Origin: Polyangiaceae bacterium
GTDB taxonomy: Bacteria > Myxococcota_A > Polyangia > Polyangiales > Polyangiaceae
Direction of reading: 5' to 3'
NCBI GenBank assembly: GCA_044222475.1
Contig: JBGANF010000024.1
Span: 1 to 64,000 of the forward strand
DNA: 64,000 nucleotides
In this document: piece after piece, positions 48,877-58,796 of the stretch
How the letters are laid out: each line of letters starts with the position of its first letter
How positions within the stretch are numbered: the first letter of the stretch is position 1
Notes under the pieces: model-generated
Databases searched by the model: none
Told to the model about the DNA's origin: nothing
What the model saw: only the letters and a program-made list of their open reading frames with translations
Program-made: the position numbers and the translations under genes

Positions 48877-48999
48877 GGAGAGGAACCGCCAGGGTCGCCA
48901 GGCTCGCCAGGGGGAGAGTGAGAGGGTCTGCATCACGTTGCGGACGTCCAAACCTCCGAACGTGCTGGCGCCCCTGGCGCCCCTGGCGGTTCTCTTCTC
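48877..48999. repeat. Palindromic element with three 9-nt CGCCAGG-NN units per arm
   Basis: Left arm 48877-48910, right arm 48965-48999 in reverse-complement orientation. Confidence 0.85.
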
Positions 49000-49081
49000 T
49001 CTCGGCGCCGCGAGGAAGTCCTTGAGAATCCCGGGACCCGTGGTAGAAACCCCGCCCTTCCGTCATTCCCGGCGGAAACCA

Positions 49082-49145
49082 TCCTTGCTCGTCGCACTCG
49101 CGCCGGGCCAACGGAGTGAAGTCTCACTCCGAGTCCACAAGGAGA
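49082..49145 (+). ncRNA. Putative S6:S18 ribosomal protein leader
   Basis: TCCTTG-CTC pairs with GAG-(TCCA)-CAAGGA, sequestering the rpsF SD; CC in the bulge; inner hairpin 49112-49131. Confidence 0.65.
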
Positions 49146-49152
49146 CACGTAC

Positions 49153-49710
49153 ATGGCAACGCAAACATTGAGGGCGAAGGAGTACGAGACGATCTACATC
49201 CTTCGGCCCGACGTCGACGCAGACACCGCCGAGAAGGTCCAGGGTCGCGTCACGGAAGTCGTCGACAAGGCCAAGGGCAAGCTCGTGAAGGTGGAAGCGT
49301 GGGGCCGTCGCCGGCTCGCGTATCCCGTCGCGAAGCAGAAGAAGGGCGTCTACGTCTACGTGAAGTACGTGGGCCTCGGCGACCTCGTGACCGAGGTCGA
49401 GCGCAACCTGAAGCTCGCCGACGCGGTCCTGAAGTTCCAGACCGTGCTGCTGAACGACCACGTCAACGTGGCCGAGCTCACGATCGATCCGGAAGAAGTG
49501 AAGTTCCAGCGCCTCGAGCTCCCGGCCGAGGACGAGAAGGAAGAGTCGCGCGAGCGTGCGCTCGGCCTCGTCGATCTCGGTGACGGCCCGCGTTCGCGCC
49601 GCCCGGAGATGGAGGACGAGTTCGCCGACGAGGAGATGGAAGCTCCCGAGTCGGTTGCCACCGCCGAAAAGGCCGAGGCCGCGCCGGGCACCGGCGAAGG
49701 AGAGGGCTGA
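49153..49710 (+). CDS. rpsF: 30S ribosomal protein S6 with long acidic tail
   Basis: YETIYILRPD, WGRRRLAYP. Confidence 0.97.
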   Translation: MATQTLRAKEYETIYILRPDVDADTAEKVQGRVTEVVDKAKGKLVKVEAWGRRRLAYPVAKQKKGVYVYVKYVGLGDLVTEVERNLKLADAVLKFQTVLLNDHVNVAELTIDPEEVKFQRLELPAEDEKEESRERALGLVDLGDGPRSRRPEMEDEFADEEMEAPESVATAEKAEAAPGTGEGEG

Positions 49711-49713
49711 GCC

Positions 49714-50013
49714 ATGACCAACCGCACTTCAGCATTCGACGACGACAAGGACTTCGGTCGCACTCCGGACCTCAACGCCGACGCACCGGGGCGACGCCGC
49801 ACCGGCAAGAAGCGCGTCTGCAAGTTCTGCGCGGAGAAGATCGAGTTCATCGACTACAAGGACCCGCAAGCGCTCAAGTACTTCGTGTCCGAGCGCGGCA
49901 AGGTCGTTCCCCGTCGCATCAGCGGCAACTGCGCGCTCCACCAGCGCAAGGTCACGCAGGCCGTCAACCGCGCGCGCAACGTGGCGCTCCTGCCCTTCAC
50001 CGTCACCGCCTGA
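49714..50013 (+). CDS. rpsR: 30S ribosomal protein S18 (Zn-binding form)
   Basis: CKFC, IDYKD, ERGK, CALHQR. Confidence 0.97.
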   Translation: MTNRTSAFDDDKDFGRTPDLNADAPGRRRTGKKRVCKFCAEKIEFIDYKDPQALKYFVSERGKVVPRRISGNCALHQRKVTQAVNRARNVALLPFTVTA

Positions 50014-50023
50014 GGAGACCGTC

Positions 50024-50479
50024 ATGCCCGCAACGATTCAAGTCGTCCTCCAGCACGACGTCGACAACGTCGGCAAGTCGGGAGAGCTCGTCAAGGTTCG
50101 CCCTGGCTTCGCTCGCAACTACCTCATCCCGCGCTCGCTCGCCGTCCCGGCGACCACCGCGGCGGTGAACCGCATCAACCACGAGAAGGCCGTCGCGCTC
50201 GCGCGCGCGGAGAAGCTCAAGAAGGAGTCGAAGGACATCGCGGCCAAGATCGACGGGCTCACCGTCACGATCGCGCGACCCGTCGGCGAAGACGAGCGCC
50301 TCTTCGGCTCGGTCACCGTCAAGGACGTCCACGCGGCCGTGAAGGCCAAGGGCTTCGACATCGACCGCAAGAAGATGCACCTCGCCGATCCGATCAAGGC
50401 GCTCGGCACGTTCGACGTGCCGGTCAAGCTGATGACGGACGTGACTGCCACGATCAAGGTCGAGGTCGTCAAGAAGTGA
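50024..50479 (+). CDS. rplI: 50S ribosomal protein L9
   Basis: VRPGFARNYLIP, LFGSVT. Confidence 0.97.
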   Translation: MPATIQVVLQHDVDNVGKSGELVKVRPGFARNYLIPRSLAVPATTAAVNRINHEKAVALARAEKLKKESKDIAAKIDGLTVTIARPVGEDERLFGSVTVKDVHAAVKAKGFDIDRKKMHLADPIKALGTFDVPVKLMTDVTATIKVEVVKK

Positions 50480-50590
50480 TCACGCGCCTCTCGAAAGAGA
50501 GCTAGAATCACGTTCGCGGTTTCCGCCCCGGTGAGCTCGGCTCCCCGGGGCGGAGACGTTTTTGGAGGCTGTGGAGAACAGGCGGAAAAC

Positions 50591-52057
50591 ATGCGACCGA
50601 ACCGTGTGAAACCGGTGGAGACGCCGCCCGTCATCGAGGGGCGCGTTCCGCCTCACGATCTCGACGCCGAAGCGGCCGTGCTCTCGGCGGTGATGCTCGA
50701 TCCGTCCGCGCTCGACAAGATCCTCGAGTTCCTCAAGCCCGACCACTTCTACTCCGAGGCTCATCGCCGCATCTTCGAGGCCTGCGTCGAGCTCCGCACC
50801 GTCGGCCAACCGGTCGACGTCGTGCAGGTCGGCACGTGGCTCAAGAACCGCGACCGCATCGCCCAGATCGGCGGCATGGGGTACCTGTCGGAGATCCTCA
50901 ACGCCGCGCCCGCGGTGTCGAACGTCGCGGCGTACGGCCGGACCATCCACGAGAAGTTCCGCGTGCGCCAGCTCATCGCGACGTGCCAGCGCGTCTCGGC
51001 CGAGGGTTACCTCGACTACGGCGAGGCCCAAGCCTTCATCGACAACGCCGAGCAGTCGATCTACCAGCTCGCGCGCACGCCCGAGTCGAGCAGCGTCGAG
51101 CGCCTGCTCGACGTCATGAAGAAGTCGTTCAAGGCGCTGACCGAGGCGATGCAGCGCGGCGATCGCATCACCGGCACGGCGACCGGTTTCGAGCGGTACG
51201 ACCGCCTCACCGCCGGGTTGCACCCGGGCGACCTCTCGATCGTCGCCGCGCGCCCCGGCATGGGCAAGACGAGCTTCGTCCTCAACGTCGCCACGAACGT
51301 CGCGAGCCCAAAAGGGCGCGAGTCGGCGACCGACCCGACACAGCGGTGGGAGGATCAAGGCGTCGGCGTCGCCGTGTTCTCGCTCGAAATGCCGCGCGAG
51401 CAGATCGCGAATCGCATGGTCTGCTCCGAGGGCAAGGTCGACGTCGGAAAGCTCCGCCAAGGGTTCCTCAGCCCGCAGGACTGGAGCCGCCTCACGCAAG
51501 CGGCGAGCTACCTCGGCAGCCTGCCGATCTGGATCGACGACACCCCGAGCCTCTCGATCCTCGAGCTCCGCGCCAAGGTACGAAGGCTCCAGGCCGAGTA
51601 CGACAGGGTCGACGACACCGGGAAGAAGGTCCGAAAGATCGGGCTCGTCGTGGTCGACTACTTGCAGCTCATGAAGGGCCGCGACGGCGTCCAGTCGCGC
51701 GAGCAGGAGATCAGCGAGATCTCGCGTGGGCTCAAGGGGCTCGCCAAGGAGCTCTACCTGCCAGTGATCGCGCTCTCGCAGCTGAACCGCGCCGTCGAGA
51801 CCCGCAGCGAGAAGTCGAAGCGGCCCCAGCTCTCCGACCTGCGCGAGTCGGGCGCCATCGAGCAGGACGCCGACAACATCATCTTCATCTATCGCGACGA
51901 GTACTACAACAAGGAGGCGACGACCGAGCCCAACGTCGCCGAGCTCATCATCGCGAAGCAGCGCAACGGGCCGACCGGAACGGCGAAGGTGCGGTTCGAC
52001 CGCGAGTACACCCGCTTCGACAATCTCGCCGAGGGCGAGTACGTCGACGAGGGATAG
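50591..52057 (+). CDS. dnaB: Replicative DNA helicase
   Basis: PPHDLDAE, ARPGMGKT, FSLEM, DYLQL, LSQLNR, DLRESGAIEQDAD. Confidence 0.98.
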   Translation: MRPNRVKPVETPPVIEGRVPPHDLDAEAAVLSAVMLDPSALDKILEFLKPDHFYSEAHRRIFEACVELRTVGQPVDVVQVGTWLKNRDRIAQIGGMGYLSEILNAAPAVSNVAAYGRTIHEKFRVRQLIATCQRVSAEGYLDYGEAQAFIDNAEQSIYQLARTPESSSVERLLDVMKKSFKALTEAMQRGDRITGTATGFERYDRLTAGLHPGDLSIVAARPGMGKTSFVLNVATNVASPKGRESATDPTQRWEDQGVGVAVFSLEMPREQIANRMVCSEGKVDVGKLRQGFLSPQDWSRLTQAASYLGSLPIWIDDTPSLSILELRAKVRRLQAEYDRVDDTGKKVRKIGLVVVDYLQLMKGRDGVQSREQEISEISRGLKGLAKELYLPVIALSQLNRAVETRSEKSKRPQLSDLRESGAIEQDADNIIFIYRDEYYNKEATTEPNVAELIIAKQRNGPTGTAKVRFDREYTRFDNLAEGEYVDEG

Positions 52058-52088
52058 AGCCTCAAAGTCTGCTAAAGGATGGGCCTTC

Positions 52089-53297
52089 ATGGCCCTCGCC
52101 GAGCTCCTCCGAACGCGTCGCGTTCTCGTCACCGTGGGGGCGGGCGGCGTGGGGAAGACCACGACCGCAGCAGCGCTCGCGGTCGCGGCGGCCCGCGAAG
52201 GCCGGCGCGTCCTCTGCCTGACGATCGACCCGGCGAAGCGCCTCGCGCAGAGCCTCGGGTTCGAGAAGATCGACCAAGAGGCGGCGGTCGTCGACGCGAA
52301 GCGGTTCGCCGACGCCGGGGTCGAGCTGAAGGGCTCCCTCACCGTGATGATGCTCGACACGAAGCGAACCTTCGACGAGCTCGTCGTCAAATACTCGTCG
52401 AGCCCGGCGAAGGCGAAGCAGCTCCTCGAGAACCGCCTCTACAAGTACATGTCGGGCTCGCTCGCGGGGACGCAGGAGTACATGGCGGTCGAGAAGCTCG
52501 TCGCCGTCAAGGACGACCCGGCCTACGACCTCGTCCTGCTCGACACGCCGCCCACGTCGAACGCGCTCGATTTTCTCGACGCGCCCGAGCGCCTGATGGA
52601 TGCGCTCGACTCGTCGACGATGAAGTGGTTCGTCGAGGCGTTCGAGACGTCGGGGAAGTTCTCGCTCAACCTCTTGGCGAAGAGCGCCGAGGTCGTGCTG
52701 AAGGCGATGGGCCGCATCACCGGCGGCGGCTTCCTCGAAGCGATGGCCGAGTTCATCTCCCAGCTCAACGAGCTCTTCGGCGGCTTCAAGCAGCGCGCGC
52801 AGATGGTGCAGAAGGCGCTCCGGAGCGACGACGTCGCGTTCATCCTCGTGACGTCGCCCGCGCCGATGAGCCTGCGCGAGGTCATCTACTTCGCCGAGCG
52901 CCTCGAGGAGCACCAGATGCCCATGGGCGCGTTCGTAGTCAACCGCATCCACACCGTGCCGCCGGGGCCGAACCGGGTCGCCAAAGAGCCCGAGATCGTC
53001 ACCGCGATCGTCAAGAACCGAATCATGCTCGAAGACGAGGGGCCGAAGCGGATCGCTCGCGCGCACAAAGAGCAGTTCACGCTCGCTCAGATCGACGAGA
53101 GGCACCTGCGCGCCCTGGGCGGCGTCTCGAAGACCGGGGCGCCGGTGGTGCGCATCCCCGAGCTCGCGTCGGACGTGCACGACATCAAGCTCCTCGCCGA
53201 AATCGGCGATCTCCTCGTCTCGGGAGGCGTGCCGCCGGCCCCGCCGAGCCGCCGGTCGATTCCCGTGGCTACCGATCCCGGTCGCGGCGGCGAGTGA
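52089..53297 (+). CDS. ArsA/Get3-like ATPase (single domain)
   Basis: GAGGVGKTT, TIDPAKRLA, DTPP. Confidence 0.88.
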   Translation: MALAELLRTRRVLVTVGAGGVGKTTTAAALAVAAAREGRRVLCLTIDPAKRLAQSLGFEKIDQEAAVVDAKRFADAGVELKGSLTVMMLDTKRTFDELVVKYSSSPAKAKQLLENRLYKYMSGSLAGTQEYMAVEKLVAVKDDPAYDLVLLDTPPTSNALDFLDAPERLMDALDSSTMKWFVEAFETSGKFSLNLLAKSAEVVLKAMGRITGGGFLEAMAEFISQLNELFGGFKQRAQMVQKALRSDDVAFILVTSPAPMSLREVIYFAERLEEHQMPMGAFVVNRIHTVPPGPNRVAKEPEIVTAIVKNRIMLEDEGPKRIARAHKEQFTLAQIDERHLRALGGVSKTGAPVVRIPELASDVHDIKLLAEIGDLLVSGGVPPAPPSRRSIPVATDPGRGGE

Positions 53298-54705
53298 GCG
53301 CGGGCTTCTTCGGCCGCGCTTGGGCGGCGACGCCGCTGCGCTTTTGCCTGTAGTGTACACGTATCGGCGACGCCTCGAAGTCGAAGCGCTTGCGCAGCTG
53401 GTTCTGGACGTACCGCTGGTACGAGAAGTGGATCGCGTCCGGCGCGTTCGACATCACGATGAACGTGGGCGGGGCGACCTGCGCCTGGGTGATGTAGTAG
53501 AGCCGCGGCGCCTTTCCGCCCTGGGTGGGCGGCGGTCGCGTCTCGAGGACCTCGGCGAAGAAGCGGTTGAGCTCGCCGGTGCCGACCCGGCGGAAGAACC
53601 CGGCATAGGCGCGGTCGATCGTGCGGTACAGCTCGGGGACGCCGCGGCCGGTCTTGGCGCTCAGGTGGACGAGCGGCGCGTGGGCCGCGAACGAAAGCTT
53701 GTCGCGCGCGGACTCCTCGGCGCGCTTCATCCCTGCGGCGTCGAGGAGATCGCTCTTGTTGAGCGCGATGACGATGCAGCGCATGCGGTCGTGCGCGAGG
53801 CCGAGGATCTTCGCGTCCTGCTCGGCGACGCCTTCGTGCGCGTCGCACACGAGCACGACGACGTGCGCTCGCTCGATGCTCTGGATCGCCGAGAGGACGC
53901 TCATCGACTCGACCGCGTCCTCCGCCTTCTTGACCTTGCCTTTGCGCCGAATGCCGGCGGTGTCCATGAAGACGTACCGCTTGCCGTCGTGCTCGACGAG
54001 GGTGTCGATCGAGTCGCGGGTGGTGCCCGGCTTGTCGTCGACGAGCATGCGGTCCTCGCCGAGGAGCCGGTTCATCAGGCTCGACTTTCCGGCGTTGGGC
54101 TTGCCGACGATCGCGATGCGGCAGAGCTTCTCGTCGTCGGGCGGGGGCTCGGCGCGCGGCGGAATCGCCTCGACGATGGCCGCTTCCAGATCGCCGATGC
54201 CGCGGCCGTGGAGCGCGGACACGGCGTACACCTTCTTCACGCCGAGGCGGTAGAGCTCGAACGCTTCGGCGTCCTTCGACGGCGAGTCGGCCTTGTTCGC
54301 CGCGTAGATGACGGGCTTCTTGCTCTGCCGGAGGAGCTGGACGGCGGCGCGGTCGGCCGAGGTGAGCTCGTCCTGGCCGTCGGTCACGAACACGGTGACG
54401 TCGGCCTCGCGGATCGCGTCCTTCACGTGGCGGGCGATGCCGGCCTTCATCGGGTCGTCGCTGTCGGGGTCGAAGCCGCCGGTGTCGACGAGGGTGTAGT
54501 CGGTGCCAAACGCAGTCGTGTCGACATAGTGCCGGTCGCGCGTGACGCCGGGCTCGTCGTGGACGATGGCGAGCCGCCGCCGCGCGAGACGGTTGAACAG
54601 CGTCGACTTTCCCACGTTGGGACGACCCACGATCGCCACGATCGGGAGACCGGAGCGCTCGGCCGGGACCTCGCGCGTGGTGTGGGCTTTGAAGTGCTTC
54701 GTCAC
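53269..54705 (-). CDS. der: Ribosome biogenesis GTPase Der
   Basis: Two G domains (GRPNVGKS, GKPNAGKS), DTGG/DTAG, NKxD; KH-like tail. Confidence 0.96.
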   Translation of the reverse strand: MTKHFKAHTTREVPAERSGLPIVAIVGRPNVGKSTLFNRLARRRLAIVHDEPGVTRDRHYVDTTAFGTDYTLVDTGGFDPDSDDPMKAGIARHVKDAIREADVTVFVTDGQDELTSADRAAVQLLRQSKKPVIYAANKADSPSKDAEAFELYRLGVKKVYAVSALHGRGIGDLEAAIVEAIPPRAEPPPDDEKLCRIAIVGKPNAGKSSLMNRLLGEDRMLVDDKPGTTRDSIDTLVEHDGKRYVFMDTAGIRRKGKVKKAEDAVESMSVLSAIQSIERAHVVVLVCDAHEGVAEQDAKILGLAHDRMRCIVIALNKSDLLDAAGMKRAEESARDKLSFAAHAPLVHLSAKTGRGVPELYRTIDRAYAGFFRRVGTGELNRFFAEVLETRPPPTQGGKAPRLYYITQAQVAPPTFIVMSNAPDAIHFSYQRYVQNQLRKRFDFEASPIRVHYRQKRSGVAAQARPKKPALTRRRDRDR

Positions 54706-55700
54706 GATCCCTCTTCTTGGCCTTGCGATTCGTCGAGCGCATACCCGAGCTCGCGCAGGTGATGGTCGCTCTCGAGCCAATTCTCGGTGACGCGAACCCA
54801 CAGGCGGAGGACGACCTTCTCGCCCAACAGCCGCTCGGTGCGGGCGCGAGCGCGCGTGCCGATCTCCTTCAACATCGCGCCCCCGCGCCCGACGATGATC
54901 TTCTTGTGCGACTCCTTCGGGACGTGGATCGCGACGTCGATCTCCGGCATGCGCCGCTTCTTCCCGCCGGCTGCCGGCTCGAGCCAGCCCTCGACGACGA
55001 CGGCGACGCCGTGAGGCAGCTCCTCTCGAGTGCGAGCGAGGATCTGCTCCCGAACGATCTCGGCGACGAGCCACCGCGCCGGGCGGTCGGTCAAGGTGTC
55101 GTCGGGGTAGAGCATCGGGCCCTTGGGGAGCAGGGCGGTGATCTCGGCGAGGATCCGGCGCACGCCGTCGCTCGTCTTGGCGGAGATCGGCACGAACGCG
55201 GCGAAGTCGCGGACCTTGGCCGCGGCTTCGAGCACCGGGACGAGCCGCGCCTTCTCCGCGATGCGGTCGACCTTGTTGAGGACGAAGAGCGTCGGCGTCT
55301 TCGGCGGGAGCTTCGAGAGGATCTCGAGGTCGGCGGGGCGGAGCTCGGCGGGCCCCGTGGCTGGCGTGCTCTTGCCGACGTCCGTCACGAACACGATCAG
55401 GTCGGCGCCGGCGATCGCATCCTGCGCTTCGCGGTTCATCCGGGTGCCGAGCTTGTTGAGCGGCGCGTGAATCCCCGGGGTGTCGAGGAAGGCGACCTGG
55501 GCGGTGTCGGTCGTGAGGACGCCGAGCAGCCGGTCGCGGGTGGTCTGAGGGTGGTGGCTCACGATGGCGACGCGCTCACCGAGGAGGGCGTTGAGGAGGG
55601 TGCTCTTGCCCACGTTGGGCCGGCCCACGAGGGCAACGTGTCCCGCGCGGTAGGCTCTCGGGAGGCGCGGGGGTCGCTGTTTGCGCTCGCGGTCGGTCAT
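54702..55700 (-). CDS. era: GTPase Era
   Basis: GRPNVGKSTL, PQTTR, DTPG, NKVD, EELPH, IIVGRGG. Confidence 0.96.
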   Translation of the reverse strand: MTDRERKQRPPRLPRAYRAGHVALVGRPNVGKSTLLNALLGERVAIVSHHPQTTRDRLLGVLTTDTAQVAFLDTPGIHAPLNKLGTRMNREAQDAIAGADLIVFVTDVGKSTPATGPAELRPADLEILSKLPPKTPTLFVLNKVDRIAEKARLVPVLEAAAKVRDFAAFVPISAKTSDGVRRILAEITALLPKGPMLYPDDTLTDRPARWLVAEIVREQILARTREELPHGVAVVVEGWLEPAAGGKKRRMPEIDVAIHVPKESHKKIIVGRGGAMLKEIGTRARARTERLLGEKVVLRLWVRVTENWLESDHHLRELGYALDESQGQEEGS

Positions 55701-55766
55701 CGGGGAGGCGTGGTCTACCACACGTGATTGAACTTTCCCGGAAAGCGGAATAGGACCATCCGGCGC

Positions 55767-58700
55767 ATGGCCGAAACCCCCCCGCCGCAGGTGAACTCTC
55801 GGATCGTCATCGGAGTGCTCTTCCTTGCGGGAGGCATCATCGCGACGGCGCTCTCGGGCGGCATGGTCGTCTGGTACGGCGCGATCGCGTTCGGCGTGAT
55901 CAGCATCGTCCGCGGGCTCATCCAGAGCCGCTCCGAGGGAGCCACGGTCGCGCCCCAAGCCGCCGGTGAACCCGAACCCGCACCCGCCGCACCCGCACCC
56001 GCACCCGCAACTCGCGCCGAGCCCTCCGAGAAGCCCCTCGTCGTCGACACCAAGGATCTCTCGGGGAGAGCCGCGCTGCTGCTGACCCTCGCGGTCGGCG
56101 TCCTGTTCCTGTTCGTGCTCCCTCCGCTGTCGAAGAGCGGCCTGTGGGATCCGTTCGAGCTCAACGTCGCCGACCTCAGCCGTCGCGTCGCGCTCAACCT
56201 CTTCCACGCGAACGATCTCGCCCTCGCCGGCGCCGACAACTCGCTTCCCCACCTGAACGACCTCGGCCGCCCGGAGCTCCCGTTCACGTCGATCGCGATC
56301 GGCTTCAAGCTCTTCGGCCTCCACGAGTGGGCCGGTCGCGCGCCGCTCGCGCTCTGGGGCCTCGTCGGCGTGCTCGCGACCTACGGCGCGCTCGCGCGCC
56401 TCACCGATCGGCGGACCGGCGTCTACGCAGCGGTCGTCCTATGCACGATGCCGCTGTACCTCGTCCAATCTCGCACCATGCTCGGCGATGTCGTCACGAT
56501 GGCGAGCCTCGCGATCGCGTTCGGGGGCCTCGCCATCGGCACGTTCGAGCGCACCACCAAGGGCTTCGCGGTGGGACGCCTCGTCTGGACGACCCTCGGC
56601 TTCGTCGCCCTCGCGGGCGGCTACTACAGCCGAGGCCTCTTGATCGGCGTCGCGATCCCCACTCTCGCGATCGGGTTGGCTTGGGGCGTCACGTGGCTCG
56701 CCGCCGAGCGCAAGGTCGACGTCCTCGGTGACGCGATCGGCGCGATCGCGCTCGTCCTCGGCGTCATCGCCACGTGGCGCGTGCTCCGCATCACCGGCAA
56801 CACGACCGACCTCTCGATGCCGATCGGCGCGATGCTCCGCACTCCGGCGAAGTACCCCACGTTCGACTACTTCATCGGGCACCTCGGCCCGGCCGCCGCG
56901 CCGTGGAGCGCGTTCTTCCCCCTCGCCGCCGGACGGCTCTTCGTCACGCCGGTCGGGCGCAAGGGCGACGCGCTCACCCAAGAGAGCTTCCTCCGCGTCG
57001 CGCTCCTCGTCGGCGGTGCGGTCGCGTTCACCGCGCACGCGTGGCTCGCCGCGCGTACCGATTTGGTACCGTTCTCCGGCGTCGTGTTCCTCGCTGCGAC
57101 GTGCGCGATCGCCATCCGCGACTACGAGCGCGGCGCGCACCCCTCGGTCGCGATGGGAGTCACCGGTCTCGCGTTCCTCGGCGTGCTCCACCACGACTTC
57201 CACGAGCTGCCGGAGAAGGCCTACCAGGCGTTCGGCGTCAGCGGCGCCCCGTTCCCCGAGAGCTTCAAGGAGCGAGCCCTCTCGCTCTGGACCATCGCCC
57301 TCATCGGCTTCGCCATCCTGGCGATGCTCACGCTCGTCGAGCGCGACCCGAAGCGGAAGCCGTTCGACCCGGCCACGTACGCGAAGGTCCTCAAGGACCT
57401 TCGCGAGGCGTGGGACGGGCTGCTCTCGCTCGGATACTTCGCCCTCGTCGCCGGCGCGTCGCTCGCCGGGCTCGTCGTCTACGTCGGGGTGAAGGCGAAG
57501 ATGGCGTGGGTGGCATCCATCTCGCTGCAGACGCGCGACGTGATCCTGAACTTGTGGTGGCTCACCGCGCTCGTCCCGCTCGGCGTGATCCTGGGCATCC
57601 TCTACGCGCTCGACGTGTGGAGCTGGGCGTTCGGCGGCTCGAGGCCGTTCTCGAAGGCGTCGTTCTCGCGCGGGTTCGAGCCGTTCGAAGAGCTCTTCGC
57701 GAGCATCCGTGATCGCTTCGCCAAGAAGGATCCGCCGCCCTTCAAGGACACCGAGTTCCTCGTCAGCGTCTTCGCGCTCGTGCCGTTCATGGTGCTCGCG
57801 CTCCCGGCGGGTCTCTTCGGGTACCTCGCGACGCACGGCATCCGGCCGGCGATCGGCCTCGCCATCGCCGTGCCGTCCAGCATCGCGCTCTTCCTGGCGC
57901 TCGGTGCGATCGGTGACGGGCTCGGCGGTCGACGCGCGAGCGGCTTCACGGTGTTCGCCGGTGCGCTCGGGCTCGTCCTCGCGATGGGATATTTCCCGGC
58001 GCTCGCGAACCAGCTCTCGCCGAAGGAAGTCTTCGAGAGCTACCAGAAGGTGAAGAAGCCGGGCGAGCCGCTCGCGCTCTTCGGAGTCGGCGGTCGCACT
58101 GCGGCCTACTACGCCGGCGGTCAGCCGGAGCAGCTCCAAGACACGCAGCACGCGTTCGACTGGCTGATGAGCGGCGGCGGCAAGCGTCGCTTCCTCGCGA
58201 TCCGCGCGGAGGAGCTCGCCAAGCTGAACCAGCTGTACCGCGCTCGGAACCCCGGTCAGAACCTGCCGATCCTCGACGCGCGGTCGAGCCAGATCCTCCT
58301 CGTCGCGTCGAGCCTCGAGGGCGACGAGAAGAACCAGAACCCGCTCGGCAAGATCATCCTGTCGGAGCTGCCCAAGCCGCAGCACGTGCTCAACGTCGAC
58401 ATGGAGGGCAAGCTCATCGTCCTCGGGTACGACCTCGACGATCAGAACGGGCGACCGGTCGAGTCCGTGGCTCCCGGGCGGAAGTACCACTTCAAGACGT
58501 ACTACAAGGTGCTCGCGCCGGTGACGACGGAGTGGGAGGGCTTCATCCACATCGACGGGTACCGCCGGCGCCACAACGGCGACCACAAGCCGATGGACGG
58601 GAAGTACCCGTTCTCGCTCTGGCAGAAGGACGACATCCTCGTCGACGACCACGAGTTCAGCCTCGAGCCGAACTTCTCGCCGGGGACGTACACGATCTTC

Positions 58701-58796
58701 TTCGGTCTGTTCGTGGGCGACACGCGCATGAAGATCGTGAGCGGCCCGAACGACGGCGACAACCGAATCAACGGCGGCGCGCTGAAGGTGCAGTGA
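55767..58796 (+). CDS. Large GT-C fold (ArnT/PMT-like) membrane glycosyltransferase
   Basis: LWDPFE loop, LFGLHEWAGRAP, QSRTMLGD, many TMs, soluble C-terminal domain (FIHID, DH.P). Confidence 0.78.
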   Translation: MAETPPPQVNSRIVIGVLFLAGGIIATALSGGMVVWYGAIAFGVISIVRGLIQSRSEGATVAPQAAGEPEPAPAAPAPAPATRAEPSEKPLVVDTKDLSGRAALLLTLAVGVLFLFVLPPLSKSGLWDPFELNVADLSRRVALNLFHANDLALAGADNSLPHLNDLGRPELPFTSIAIGFKLFGLHEWAGRAPLALWGLVGVLATYGALARLTDRRTGVYAAVVLCTMPLYLVQSRTMLGDVVTMASLAIAFGGLAIGTFERTTKGFAVGRLVWTTLGFVALAGGYYSRGLLIGVAIPTLAIGLAWGVTWLAAERKVDVLGDAIGAIALVLGVIATWRVLRITGNTTDLSMPIGAMLRTPAKYPTFDYFIGHLGPAAAPWSAFFPLAAGRLFVTPVGRKGDALTQESFLRVALLVGGAVAFTAHAWLAARTDLVPFSGVVFLAATCAIAIRDYERGAHPSVAMGVTGLAFLGVLHHDFHELPEKAYQAFGVSGAPFPESFKERALSLWTIALIGFAILAMLTLVERDPKRKPFDPATYAKVLKDLREAWDGLLSLGYFALVAGASLAGLVVYVGVKAKMAWVASISLQTRDVILNLWWLTALVPLGVILGILYALDVWSWAFGGSRPFSKASFSRGFEPFEELFASIRDRFAKKDPPPFKDTEFLVSVFALVPFMVLALPAGLFGYLATHGIRPAIGLAIAVPSSIALFLALGAIGDGLGGRRASGFTVFAGALGLVLAMGYFPALANQLSPKEVFESYQKVKKPGEPLALFGVGGRTAAYYAGGQPEQLQDTQHAFDWLMSGGGKRRFLAIRAEELAKLNQLYRARNPGQNLPILDARSSQILLVASSLEGDEKNQNPLGKIILSELPKPQHVLNVDMEGKLIVLGYDLDDQNGRPVESVAPGRKYHFKTYYKVLAPVTTEWEGFIHIDGYRRRHNGDHKPMDGKYPFSLWQKDDILVDDHEFSLEPNFSPGTYTIFFGLFVGDTRMKIVSGPNDGDNRINGGALKVQ

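Noticed and set aside
50591..52057. Possible intein in DnaB
   Set aside because: Normal length; only short insertions and no splicing motifs
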